DNA of 57,102 nt from a virus. Its lineage: Duplodnaviria > Caudoviricetes. Positions 17,952-26,259 of this stretch are shown one piece after another (the stretch's first letter is position 1; every line of letters begins with the position of its first letter). The stretch lies in the IMG/VR virus record IMGVR_UViG_3300031774_000016, positions 1-57,102 of that record; one strand, written 5' to 3'. Made by a program: the position numbers and the translations under genes. The notes beneath the pieces are model-generated. The model did no database searches and had not been told where the DNA came from. It worked only from the letters and a program-made list of their open reading frames with translations.

Positions 17952-19388
17952 ATGAAAAAATACTATTATGAAAGAAGTAATCTTCTTGAGAGTGATGTGA
18001 ACATCAACTTTGATGAATTACTATACATGAATGAAGAAGAAACTTCTAAATGGATTGAAAAACTTAGAAGTTTTATTATTTCAGAATGGGATGATAAAGG
18101 TATTCCACCTACAATCGGAGCCAATACTTCAGATATAAAAAAGAACTTTAAGAAACTACGAGAGTATGATGTTCATAATAAGTTTTTGGTTCGTGATGAT
18201 GATGGCAATGAAAATGTTATTAAGAATTACAATAAACATGCCAGTAGTGTTAATCAGTTCTTTCCAACTATGTTAAAGACTCGTGTTCAGAATGGTAGTA
18301 TTTATGATTGGTTTACGGATGAGTATAAAGATAAATTTCAAAAGGTTATAAAGAGAATATTAAAAAGAGATTCAATGTATAATTGGTCTAAATGTATTTT
18401 AGATGGTGAAGATATACCAGAGAATTTCTTTATTGTCCAACATAAACATAATGCTGTAGAGAGTAAGTACAAGACTTTATCAGTTGAAGAAGTAGAGAAG
18501 TTAGATGATAAACATAAAACTAATCTACCAAAGGAGTTAGATGGTGATACATATAAATTCTTGGTTAGGGATTTTCAGTTAGGACAAAAGTTATTTCCAG
18601 CTGGTATTCAGGCATTTCGTTTAGGACTTGGACAACCAGCCGTAAACTTTCCACCATTAACCGCTAGATATTTGTATGAAAGATTTACAGACCATATTAA
18701 TATCGATGAACTCGAACCCAAACAATTAAATATTTATGATCCTTCAAGTGGTTGGGGTGGTAGAATACTTGGAGCTATGTCCTCGTTGAAAAGAATACAT
18801 TATATTGGAACAGACCCGAACACCGATAACTATATTGATGAGGTGGGTATATCAAGATATGAATATGTAGCTAACTTTTTTAACAATGAGGTATTGGAAA
18901 CTAATCCATTTTGGGAAGAAGAAAAAAATACATTTCACTATTTTCAAGAAGGTTCAGAACACATCGGAAACCATCCTGAATTCCAACAATATAAAGGTAA
19001 GTTGGATATGGTATTTACATCACCACCTTATTTTGATAGGGAACAATATTCAGAAGATGAGGAACAATCATTTAAGGCATATCCTAAATATGATGATTGG
19101 AGAGATAATTTTCTCAATCCCACATTGACCAATGCTTTTAATAGTTTACGAAAAGATAGATATTTATTATGGAACATAGCTGATATAAAAATCGGAAAAG
19201 ATAAATACCATCCTCTTGAACAAGATAGTATCGATGTAATCGAAAACCTCGGTGGTGAGTATCAAGGTAAACTCAAAATGTTGATGACTTCAATGGTTGG
19301 AGTAGACCAATCAAATGTTAAAAACTCGGTTAAAATAAATGGAACTTATTTAAAGTATGAACCAATATTCATTTTTTACAAGAAATGA
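17952..19388 (+). CDS. DNA amino-methyltransferase (N4-C/N6-A type)
   Basis: SAM-binding YDPSSGWGGR and catalytic FTSPPY; no cognate nuclease adjacent. Confidence 0.88.
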   Translation: MKKYYYERSNLLESDVNINFDELLYMNEEETSKWIEKLRSFIISEWDDKGIPPTIGANTSDIKKNFKKLREYDVHNKFLVRDDDGNENVIKNYNKHASSVNQFFPTMLKTRVQNGSIYDWFTDEYKDKFQKVIKRILKRDSMYNWSKCILDGEDIPENFFIVQHKHNAVESKYKTLSVEEVEKLDDKHKTNLPKELDGDTYKFLVRDFQLGQKLFPAGIQAFRLGLGQPAVNFPPLTARYLYERFTDHINIDELEPKQLNIYDPSSGWGGRILGAMSSLKRIHYIGTDPNTDNYIDEVGISRYEYVANFFNNEVLETNPFWEEEKNTFHYFQEGSEHIGNHPEFQQYKGKLDMVFTSPPYFDREQYSEDEEQSFKAYPKYDDWRDNFLNPTLTNAFNSLRKDRYLLWNIADIKIGKDKYHPLEQDSIDVIENLGGEYQGKLKMLMTSMVGVDQSNVKNSVKINGTYLKYEPIFIFYKK

Positions 19389-19389
19389 C

Positions 19390-19418
19390 TTGACTTTTAC
19401 TGCAAATTGTCGTAAGAT
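19390..19418 (+). promoter_or_regulatory. Sigma70-type promoter
   Basis: TTGACT-17 bp-TAAGAT. Confidence 0.75.
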
Positions 19419-19444
19419 CAAGAGTAATTCGAAAGGAAAATAGT

Positions 19445-19981
19445 ATGATAAGTACAAGAACAGCAATTGCGGGAGTTGTGTTCGTAACAATGGTTAATGG
19501 GTTTATATCCATTAATATGTTTAAGAATCAATCCAAATTCTACTCAAATGAAGTAGATAAATTGCTACAGAGCAATGAACAACTACATACAGAACTTCAA
19601 GAATTTTATCAGTTCGGTATTGAGGTTGATGTAACGATGTATCAACCTGTTTATCCACAAACAGATAATTCACCTGATATCACAGCTGATGGAACAAAGA
19701 TTCGTATCCATAAGGCAAGTGAGTATAAGTTTGTAGCTCTATCACGAAATCTATTATCAAGATGGGGAGGCCCATTTAACTATGGAGATTTTATATACAT
19801 CAAGGGAACAAAAGATAAAGATGGAGTGTATCAAGTAAGGGATACAATGAATCCTAAATGGGTTAATGTCGTGGATATATTAGAATCTACGCATGTAAGT
19901 CCATACAAATATGAAAATGTTCACATCTACAAGATGAATTGGACAGATAATTTAACACTATTAGAAGATAAAAAGTCATAA
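19445..19981 (+). CDS. Membrane-anchored 3D-domain (MltA-like) cell-wall protein
   Basis: N-terminal hydrophobic helix; VTMY..QTD.SP.ITADG, VALSR, YGD.IYI, VRDTM, VDIL. Confidence 0.75.
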   Translation: MISTRTAIAGVVFVTMVNGFISINMFKNQSKFYSNEVDKLLQSNEQLHTELQEFYQFGIEVDVTMYQPVYPQTDNSPDITADGTKIRIHKASEYKFVALSRNLLSRWGGPFNYGDFIYIKGTKDKDGVYQVRDTMNPKWVNVVDILESTHVSPYKYENVHIYKMNWTDNLTLLEDKKS

Positions 19982-19998
19982 ATAATAAAGGAGAAACA

Positions 19999-20187
19999 AT
20001 GGACAAAAAGAAAACCGAAATAAAAGTTGGTGATTGGGTTCATGTATTATTAGTAGGATTAGATTCAGGAAACGAACCTGCATATCAAATCGAAAAGATT
20101 GAGGGAGATGATTACTATGTTGTACAGACCGAAGGTACATATCAACATAGGATGAAAACCAAAAAGAATAGATTGAAAAAGTTATAA
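19999..20187 (+). CDS. Small SH3/KOW-like protein
   Basis: IKVGDWVHV...YQIEKIEGD; AAGGAG SD. Confidence 0.55.
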   Translation: MDKKKTEIKVGDWVHVLLVGLDSGNEPAYQIEKIEGDDYYVVQTEGTYQHRMKTKKNRLKKL

Positions 20188-20202
20188 AATAAGAGGTTAT
20201 AA

Positions 20203-21003
20203 ATGAAACAACTTACAGAAGAACAATTACTTGGTAATTGGGAAAAGTTGTTGCAACTTGTAGAAGATACATTCGAGGGAGAACGAAAAGAGAAACTCTT
20301 GGAAATGTATAAGTTCTTTGAAGATAGAATGATAGTTGCACCAGCGAGTGGTAAAGAAGAATATCACTATTGTTATGCAGGTGGTTATGTAAATCATGTA
20401 CTGCATGTTTGTGAAACGGCATTAGAAGTATCCAAGACCTATGAAAAGGTTGGTGGGTATAAAGATTGGACAGATGAAGAACTCATCTTTTCTGCTATGC
20501 ACCACGACTTAGGTAAGGTCGGAGATTTACTTGGGGAGTATTACATTCCACAAGATAATGATTGGAGAAGAAAGACTCTCGGTGAGATATTCACACACAA
20601 TACAGAAATAGATAATATGAGAGTTACCGATAGGGCGTTGTTTTTACTGCAACACTTTGGGGTAAAGGTCAATCTAAAAGAAACTCTTGCTATCAAGGTA
20701 TCTGATGGACTCTATGACGAAGCTAACACCTACTATATGAAAGTGTTTGACGCAAGTCGTTCCTTAAAAAATCATATGCCGTACATCATACATTGGGCTG
20801 ACCATATGGCTACACAAGCTGAATTTGATGAGTGGAAACGAGAAGATGAGGATAACAAAGAGGAAATGGAAAGTAGGTTAAGTAATATTAAAAATATTAG
20901 CGTCGGTAAAAAAGAATCAAAACCTAAAACCAAACAAAAAGATAAAGTTTTAGAATCAAAACATCAAGATTTATTTGATGAATTATTTGGAGATGATAAA
21001 TGA
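20203..21003 (+). CDS. HD-domain phosphohydrolase
   Basis: H..YAGGYVNH, HHDLGK, IHWADH. Confidence 0.88.
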   Translation: MKQLTEEQLLGNWEKLLQLVEDTFEGERKEKLLEMYKFFEDRMIVAPASGKEEYHYCYAGGYVNHVLHVCETALEVSKTYEKVGGYKDWTDEELIFSAMHHDLGKVGDLLGEYYIPQDNDWRRKTLGEIFTHNTEIDNMRVTDRALFLLQHFGVKVNLKETLAIKVSDGLYDEANTYYMKVFDASRSLKNHMPYIIHWADHMATQAEFDEWKREDEDNKEEMESRLSNIKNISVGKKESKPKTKQKDKVLESKHQDLFDELFGDDK

Positions 21004-21260
21004 TAATAGAAATAGTATTAGGATTAGTAATTCTTGTTGAATCATATGTAATATGGAATTTAATGAGAAAAACAGAACTACTTGAAACTTGGGTAGAGAA
21101 CTTTACCGATAGGGTAAATAAAGTCCAACAAGAGTTAAGTGAAATAGACTCAACTGGTCATTTTGAATCAGATGACGAAGTGGGTTCTATATTCACATCA
21201 ATAAAAGAAGTAATAAACGATTTAAACAATAATACCGAACAGGAGTTAATTAGTGAGTAA
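21000..21260 (+). CDS. Single-TM coiled-coil protein
   Basis: N-terminal TM; ID..G.FESDDEVG.IF motif. Confidence 0.7.
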   Translation: MIIEIVLGLVILVESYVIWNLMRKTELLETWVENFTDRVNKVQQELSEIDSTGHFESDDEVGSIFTSIKEVINDLNNNTEQELISE

Positions 21261-21987
21261 AGCAACTAAACCAGTAAAGAAGAAGAAAAAACCTAAAAAT
21301 TATTATTTTAATCAGACAACTGAAAATGCTATCATTCGTTACAACAAAACAGATAGTGCTAGGTTAAAGAATAAAATATATACTGAACATATTGCATATG
21401 CTTTTGATAAGTTAGCTGAGAATATTATTCATACATTTAAGTTTTATTATTTTGATGTTCCATCAGAACAAGTAAAACACGAAGTAGTTTCGTTTCTTGT
21501 TATGAATATGCACAAGTTTAAAGAAGGTAAAGGTAAGGCCTTTTCTTATTTTAGTATTGTAGCAAAGAATTATTTAATACTACATAATAATAAAAACTAT
21601 AAGAATTATAAGATTCACGATAAGATGGATGTTCTTGATTATAGTAGAAATATTCGTGAATCTCAAGATATGAAAGATGTTGCAGATTTTAATGAAGAAT
21701 ATGTAAATCAAATGCTAGAGTATTGGGAAGAAAATCTAACTAATATATTTAGACGACAAAAAGATATATTAGTTGCAGATTCTGTATTAGAAATGTTTAG
21801 ACGAAGGGATAATATAGAAAACTTTAATAAGAAAGCTTTATATATTCTTATTCGTGAGATGACTGGTTCTAAAACTCAACACATCACTCGTATAGTTAAT
21901 ATTATGAAAAAATATAATAATCAACTAACAAGAGAGTTTCAACAGACTGGTCAATTAGATACTGCTAACACAGGATCATTTTTGTAA
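21253..21987 (+). CDS. Phage late-transcription sigma factor (T4 gp55-like)
   Basis: KNYYF...AENII...KF..GKGKAFSYFSIVAKNYL resembles the sigma region-2 AF.YF motif of gp55-like factors. Confidence 0.7.
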   Translation: MSKATKPVKKKKKPKNYYFNQTTENAIIRYNKTDSARLKNKIYTEHIAYAFDKLAENIIHTFKFYYFDVPSEQVKHEVVSFLVMNMHKFKEGKGKAFSYFSIVAKNYLILHNNKNYKNYKIHDKMDVLDYSRNIRESQDMKDVADFNEEYVNQMLEYWEENLTNIFRRQKDILVADSVLEMFRRRDNIENFNKKALYILIREMTGSKTQHITRIVNIMKKYNNQLTREFQQTGQLDTANTGSFL

Positions 21988-22033
21988 CAATTTGTTATGT
22001 AGTGTTACACATTTGTGTTACGAAATGATACAC
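21983..22033. promoter_or_regulatory. Putative upstream activator (enhancer) repeats
   Basis: TGTAAC 21983, TGTTAT 21993, TGTTAC 22003, TGTTAC 22016, TGATAC 22026; includes the imperfect palindrome GTGTTAC-GAAAT-GATACAC. Confidence 0.55.
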
Positions 22034-22056
22034 TCTTAAAAAACTTCTAAAAAATA

Positions 22057-22087
22057 AAAGACCTCATTTTTTGAATGGGGTTTTTTT
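22057..22087 (+). terminator. Intrinsic terminator after the sigma gene
   Basis: AAAAGACCTCATT-loop-AATGGGGTTTTTTT. Confidence 0.7.
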
Positions 22088-22156
22088 GTGCCCTTGTAAC
22101 TTCATACATATAGACACTTAAAATTATTTTTATTTTTTTTCTCAAAATAGGGTAGT

Positions 22157-22173
22157 TTGGTATAGTTCTTGTA
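22157..22173 (+). promoter_or_regulatory. Putative sigma54 (-24/-12) promoter for the pilin genes
   Basis: TTGGTATAGTTCTTGTA aligns without gaps to YTGGCACGNNNNTTGCW (GT instead of GC at -12); a hairpin ATAGATT/AATCTAT follows near the expected +1. Confidence 0.6.
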
Positions 22174-22234
22174 GTATATAGGTAGAGATAGATTATTCGA
22201 ATCTATTAAAACGAAATAATAAAGGAGAACTGAA

Positions 22235-22903
22235 ATGTTCGAAACTATAAAAAAACTCGTAAAATCTTTTATGAGAAAACTCAAGAGTACTAATGGTAAT
22301 TCACTAGCTGAATTCGCTGTTACTACTGCAATGATGGCAACACTTGCTACAACAGCCGCACCAAAATTTGGACAAGTTGGAGCAGGAGCTAAAGAAAAGA
22401 AAACAATGAATAACATTGACAAAATTCTTACAGTTGCTAATAACTTTTACAACCAAACATTGTCTGAAGAAGGTAAAGGAAGATTTCCTGGACAAGAGAA
22501 GTATGATGTCGCTGTAGGTGGTGTCACTTTAGCTGAAGGAGCTTCTACTGATGAAACTCTTGAAGCTTATGTGGAAACAATACTTGACCAAAAAGTATCT
22601 TATACATCAGAGTTAGGTGAGTTCGTTTATGTATTTTCACCAGCATCAGATGATGATGACGCATTACAAGGTGATTGGATGAGTTTAGAATCATCAGTTG
22701 GTTACGATGGTAACGATGAAATTGGTGCTCTTGACTTCAAACAAGACTTTGGTAACAATGGTATGACAAGTCCATTTCAGGATGGTTCATACGCATATTT
22801 AGTAATACCAGGAAGTGGTAGTGGTACATCCGCACAAGCTCCTGTTCTTGTAGTAATAGATACTGAGAATCCATCTAAACTACATAAAACTTTAGTACCT
22901 TAA
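22235..22903 (+). CDS. Type IV pilin-like protein (atypical class III signal)
   Basis: Basic leader then G|NSLAE (Glu+5), Ala/Thr-rich helix ending in PKF; AAGGAG SD. Confidence 0.8.
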   Translation: MFETIKKLVKSFMRKLKSTNGNSLAEFAVTTAMMATLATTAAPKFGQVGAGAKEKKTMNNIDKILTVANNFYNQTLSEEGKGRFPGQEKYDVAVGGVTLAEGASTDETLEAYVETILDQKVSYTSELGEFVYVFSPASDDDDALQGDWMSLESSVGYDGNDEIGALDFKQDFGNNGMTSPFQDGSYAYLVIPGSGSGTSAQAPVLVVIDTENPSKLHKTLVP

Positions 22904-22935
22904 TCGAAAATAAAAAAACACCGAAAGGAAAAACA

Positions 22936-23376
22936 ATGAAGAACATATTAAAAAATACATCGAAAGGTTTCACATTGATTGAACTTGTAATGGTTACAAT
23001 CATATTAGGAATCTTAGCAGCTGTAGCAATTCCAAGATATCAACAAACGGTTGATAACGCAGAAGCAACAGCAGAAAAGGCATTTGTAGATATGGTATGG
23101 GCAGGAGTAGAACAAGAAGCTTCTGAAAGACTAACAGATGATGGACTTGAAGCATGGCCTTACAATCCACTAACAGTTATTGGTAGAAGCCGTAACATAT
23201 CAGTTACTCTATTTGAAGGAGTACCTGATGAGGATAATGAATGGCAGTTTAGTGTAGATGCAGCTGGTGAACCAGCAATCTTTCATCATAGAAGAAATGA
23301 CGAAATCTACTACTACAAATACGATTCATTGACATTTGAGTTAGACGAAGAACCTACACTTTACACAAACGAATAA
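22936..23376 (+). CDS. Type IV pilin (canonical prepilin cleavage/methylation site)
   Basis: KG|FTLIELVMVTIILGILAAVAIPRY. Confidence 0.95.
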   Translation: MKNILKNTSKGFTLIELVMVTIILGILAAVAIPRYQQTVDNAEATAEKAFVDMVWAGVEQEASERLTDDGLEAWPYNPLTVIGRSRNISVTLFEGVPDEDNEWQFSVDAAGEPAIFHHRRNDEIYYYKYDSLTFELDEEPTLYTNE

Positions 23377-23426
23377 TTAATGGGGGATTTGAAAATCATT
23401 TCCCCTATTTATTATAAAGAGGTATT

Positions 23427-23870
23427 ATGAGATTTAAACTCACAAATGATATTTTAGAAATTATCTTATTTGGATCAATAATGGTTACTTTAGGGTTCGT
23501 ATTTCTTAACGATGACGAACCCATTAAAGTGCAAAGTGAACCATCAGTTGAAAATTTTGATGACTATCCATTACAAGCATGGCAAACCTTAGATAGAAAA
23601 GGTGGAGAATGTGTAAAGGTTCGTTATCGTGTAGAGAAAAATAAAACTCGTTTATATATGATAAATGCCGATGGAAAGAAAGTTCACACACAACCAATAT
23701 CTTTAAGTCCACACAGAGATGGTAGGGATAGGATAGAAACATATGTTTGGAAACTCTATCGAACCGAGTGGACGGATAAGATAGCACCAGGTGAATACTT
23801 AATCATAGTGGGAACAGAGCATGATAAATCAGCATCAAGAAATCTTACTCTTGAAATCGACATAATGTAA
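23427..23870 (+). CDS. Membrane-anchored beta-sandwich (FlgD-Ig-like?) protein
   Basis: N-terminal TM; YVWKL...IAPGEYLIIV pattern. The fold is a guess. Confidence 0.45.
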   Translation: MRFKLTNDILEIILFGSIMVTLGFVFLNDDEPIKVQSEPSVENFDDYPLQAWQTLDRKGGECVKVRYRVEKNKTRLYMINADGKKVHTQPISLSPHRDGRDRIETYVWKLYRTEWTDKIAPGEYLIIVGTEHDKSASRNLTLEIDIM

Positions 23871-23989
23871 TGTGGATGCCATTTGTTATAATAACATTAG
23901 GTGTTTGTTTGATTTGGGAATTAGATGAAAGACAAACAATAAAAAAATATAAGAAGAAAAAAAGAATTGAACAACAGAGAGAAAAATGA
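23870..23989 (+). CDS. 39-aa single-TM microprotein (not in ORF track)
   Basis: MWMPFVIITLGVCLIWELDERQTIKKYKKKK...; coupled at both ends. Confidence 0.5.
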   Translation: MWMPFVIITLGVCLIWELDERQTIKKYKKKKRIEQQREK

Positions 23990-24618
23990 AATACTTATCA
24001 ATTGTATTATCAATAAGTGTTATATATTCACAAGTAGACGAACAAGTCTTTGCAGACCAAGGCATCGAAAGAACATCTGAATTTAAACGAGGTAAAGCCT
24101 ACGGACAAGATTGTGATGATACAGAATACAGAGATTACAAAGGGTATCCTGCTTGGAAAGGTTATGGTGGATGGATATCTGAATGTGATTCAATTCGTAC
24201 CGTAAATTTAGACAGAGAGTTTGCTGAAAAAGATAAAATCAGACAAAGAGAAAAGGCTATACAAGATAGTATTGATATGAAAGAAGCATTAGTAGAGATA
24301 GATAATTTAGATTTAGATGCTATGTGGGAAAATACGGTTTGGGTTGAGATAACAGATATAGAAGATACTATATATGGAGAAGTAGAACAGATTACAGCTG
24401 TTGCTGGTGTTCGTGGAGCGGAAGCAGAGGACGAGGCATTGAATCATTTATATTATAGAAGAAGTATGAAAGGTCTTGCTCTAATAGACCTACAAAAGGC
24501 CTATGGTAAATTAAAAATAAAAAGAGATAACTTAATTAAAACAAATCCTAAACATCCAAAGTTAGAAAAATTTGACAACCTCTTGTCACAATTACAAATT
24601 AAAATAAATAAATCATAA
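23986..24618 (+). CDS. Exported hypothetical protein
   Basis: Signal peptide MKYLSIVLSISVIYS|Q; TAVAGVRG motif. Confidence 0.65.
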   Translation: MKYLSIVLSISVIYSQVDEQVFADQGIERTSEFKRGKAYGQDCDDTEYRDYKGYPAWKGYGGWISECDSIRTVNLDREFAEKDKIRQREKAIQDSIDMKEALVEIDNLDLDAMWENTVWVEITDIEDTIYGEVEQITAVAGVRGAEAEDEALNHLYYRRSMKGLALIDLQKAYGKLKIKRDNLIKTNPKHPKLEKFDNLLSQLQIKINKS

Positions 24619-24724
24619 ACTAACAAAAAAGTTGTGTTGTTTCTAAATGTTTAAGATATTTAGTATTGGAAGATGATGACACTTCCAACAAAATAGTAAC
24701 TTATCATTTAAAAAGGAGACACAC

Positions 24725-25051
24725 ATGAAGCGACTAATGTGTATGTTCTTAATGGGCTTGATTTCCGCTCAAACATTAAAAACAGCACTACCACAACCAA
24801 AAGAACCTTTCGTTCTTACTTACTACGACATTAGAGAAGATATACTTTTAAAGACGCCACACGGTAAAATAACAGTAGATTTTTTTATAAATGAGAGAGG
24901 AGAAGTAGAGGATCCAGTTATCAAGGATACTTTCAATATCAACCTTAATGAAGTAGTGTTGGATAAATTAAAAGAAACATCTTATTATCCAGCAACTCAG
25001 AATGGACGACCAGTTCGAATCAAATATACATTACCAATAGTATTTAAATAA
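24725..25051 (+). CDS. Stand-alone TonB C-terminal domain with signal peptide
   Basis: GKITVDFFINERGEVEDPVI...LNEVVLD...YYPATQNGRPVRIKYTLPIVFK matches the TonB_C pattern; no long TM anchor or Pro-rich linker. Confidence 0.85.
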   Translation: MKRLMCMFLMGLISAQTLKTALPQPKEPFVLTYYDIREDILLKTPHGKITVDFFINERGEVEDPVIKDTFNINLNEVVLDKLKETSYYPATQNGRPVRIKYTLPIVFK

Positions 25052-25061
25052 CGGAGGCAAA

Positions 25062-25379
25062 ATGTTAGAATACTTTTTATTGGGAGTTTTAGCACCTATC
25101 TTTCTAAATCTTATGCACCTATGTGTAGGAATATATGTAGTAATTCAAAGAGGAAATATGATGTCATTGGGATTTTCAGGTATGGGATTTATAACCAAAA
25201 CCATAGGGATGATATTTCTCACTTGGTTAGGAATAGTTAAGCTGAATATGGATTTTCAAATCTATGTTCCGTTATTAACATTCTTTTGGTTCTTCACTCA
25301 TATCGTAGAAGCCTTTGTGATTAATCATTATATGAAAGAGAACGTACCAAAATTTCTACAAGACATACAACTCAATTAG
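25062..25379 (+). CDS. Small multi-TM protein (weakly AtpI-like)
   Basis: Three hydrophobic helices; GGAGG SD. Confidence 0.6.
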   Translation: MLEYFLLGVLAPIFLNLMHLCVGIYVVIQRGNMMSLGFSGMGFITKTIGMIFLTWLGIVKLNMDFQIYVPLLTFFWFFTHIVEAFVINHYMKENVPKFLQDIQLN

Positions 25380-25396
25380 TAAATAACTATTAAGCA

Positions 25397-25426
25397 AAAA
25401 AAAGGGGAACAATAGTTCCCCTTTTT
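25397..25426. terminator. Bidirectional intrinsic terminator
   Basis: AAAAAAAGGGGAAC-AATA-GTTCCCCTTTTT between convergent genes. Confidence 0.85.
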
Positions 25427-25442
25427 CATTATCCGATAATAG

Positions 25443-25664
25443 CTATTTACGAAATAAACCCACCAACACCAATAATGCGACTAATCCAGCGAAACCGGAT
25501 TCGCCGAAGTTATTTATGATTGATGTCAGGTTACCAATAACATTTACGCCAAAGATTCCACTCCCAAACAATACTTCGCTTACAGCTCCGATTGCTATGA
25601 AAGAGGCGAGTAGTTGAGCGATATCATCTACCCAACCTTTGACTAATGTGATGACTTCCTTCAT
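25443..25664 (-). CDS. Small two-TM membrane protein
   Basis: GGGAG SD on the minus strand; EVLFG...NVIGNL...FGESGFAGLVALLVL. Confidence 0.75.
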   Translation of the reverse strand: MKEVITLVKGWVDDIAQLLASFIAIGAVSEVLFGSGIFGVNVIGNLTSIINNFGESGFAGLVALLVLVGLFRK

Positions 25665-25866
25665 TAGTTATCTCCCGTTGTTTTTTCTTATCATTTAACA
25701 AAAAAGGGATATTTAACTTCCGTTTTCTGTGTCGAATAAAATCCGACATATATAATTATAGTATATACAAATTTTTTGTTAGCAATATATATGCACCGAT
25801 TTTTCAGTTAGTTAATATTTATTTATGAGTTATAATATCTATTTTTAATCAATATAAGGAAATAAA

Positions 25867-26259
25867 ATGGCACAAGATTATGAATTATTTGAGGGTAAGT
25901 CACTATCATCATTGTTCAAAGATATTTACGATAATTCCAAACACAATAAAACACAACTTGAAATATTAGTAAAAGAAGTTGCTGGATATATTAAAGATGG
26001 GGATATGGCTATTCAGTTAATTCCTATGATAAAAGAGTATTTGGAAATCAATGTAAAGAACGATGAACAACTTGTCAAACTGGCAACGGTTGTACAGAGG
26101 TTAATTGCCGCTGAAGGTAAGGGTAGTAGTGAATCCGAATTTGGTTTATCAGAGAAAGAAAAGGCTCAATTACTCACAAGTATAGATGATGTAGTGGTTG
26201 ATATGCAAAAAAAATCAGATAGTCTTACACAAGATATAAAGTCAGTTAAGGATAATTAA
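25867..26259 (+). CDS. Conserved phage protein (first gene of the baseplate block)
   Basis: PMIKEYLEINVKNDEQLVKLA motif; late-type promoter motif upstream. Confidence 0.65.
   Translation: MAQDYELFEGKSLSSLFKDIYDNSKHNKTQLEILVKEVAGYIKDGDMAIQLIPMIKEYLEINVKNDEQLVKLATVVQRLIAAEGKGSSESEFGLSEKEKAQLLTSIDDVVVDMQKKSDSLTQDIKSVKDN

Noticed and set aside
25005-25030. GTTCGAATC string suggesting another tRNA
   Set aside because: No T-stem or cloverleaf pairing; it is within the TonB_C coding sequence.
22235-25664. Interpreting the pilin/TonB block as contaminating bacterial chromosome
   Set aside because: Composition and gene packing match the flanks, phage late-type motifs occur inside it (23406, ~24656), and no cellular operon partners are present. 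Read-level confirmation is still needed.
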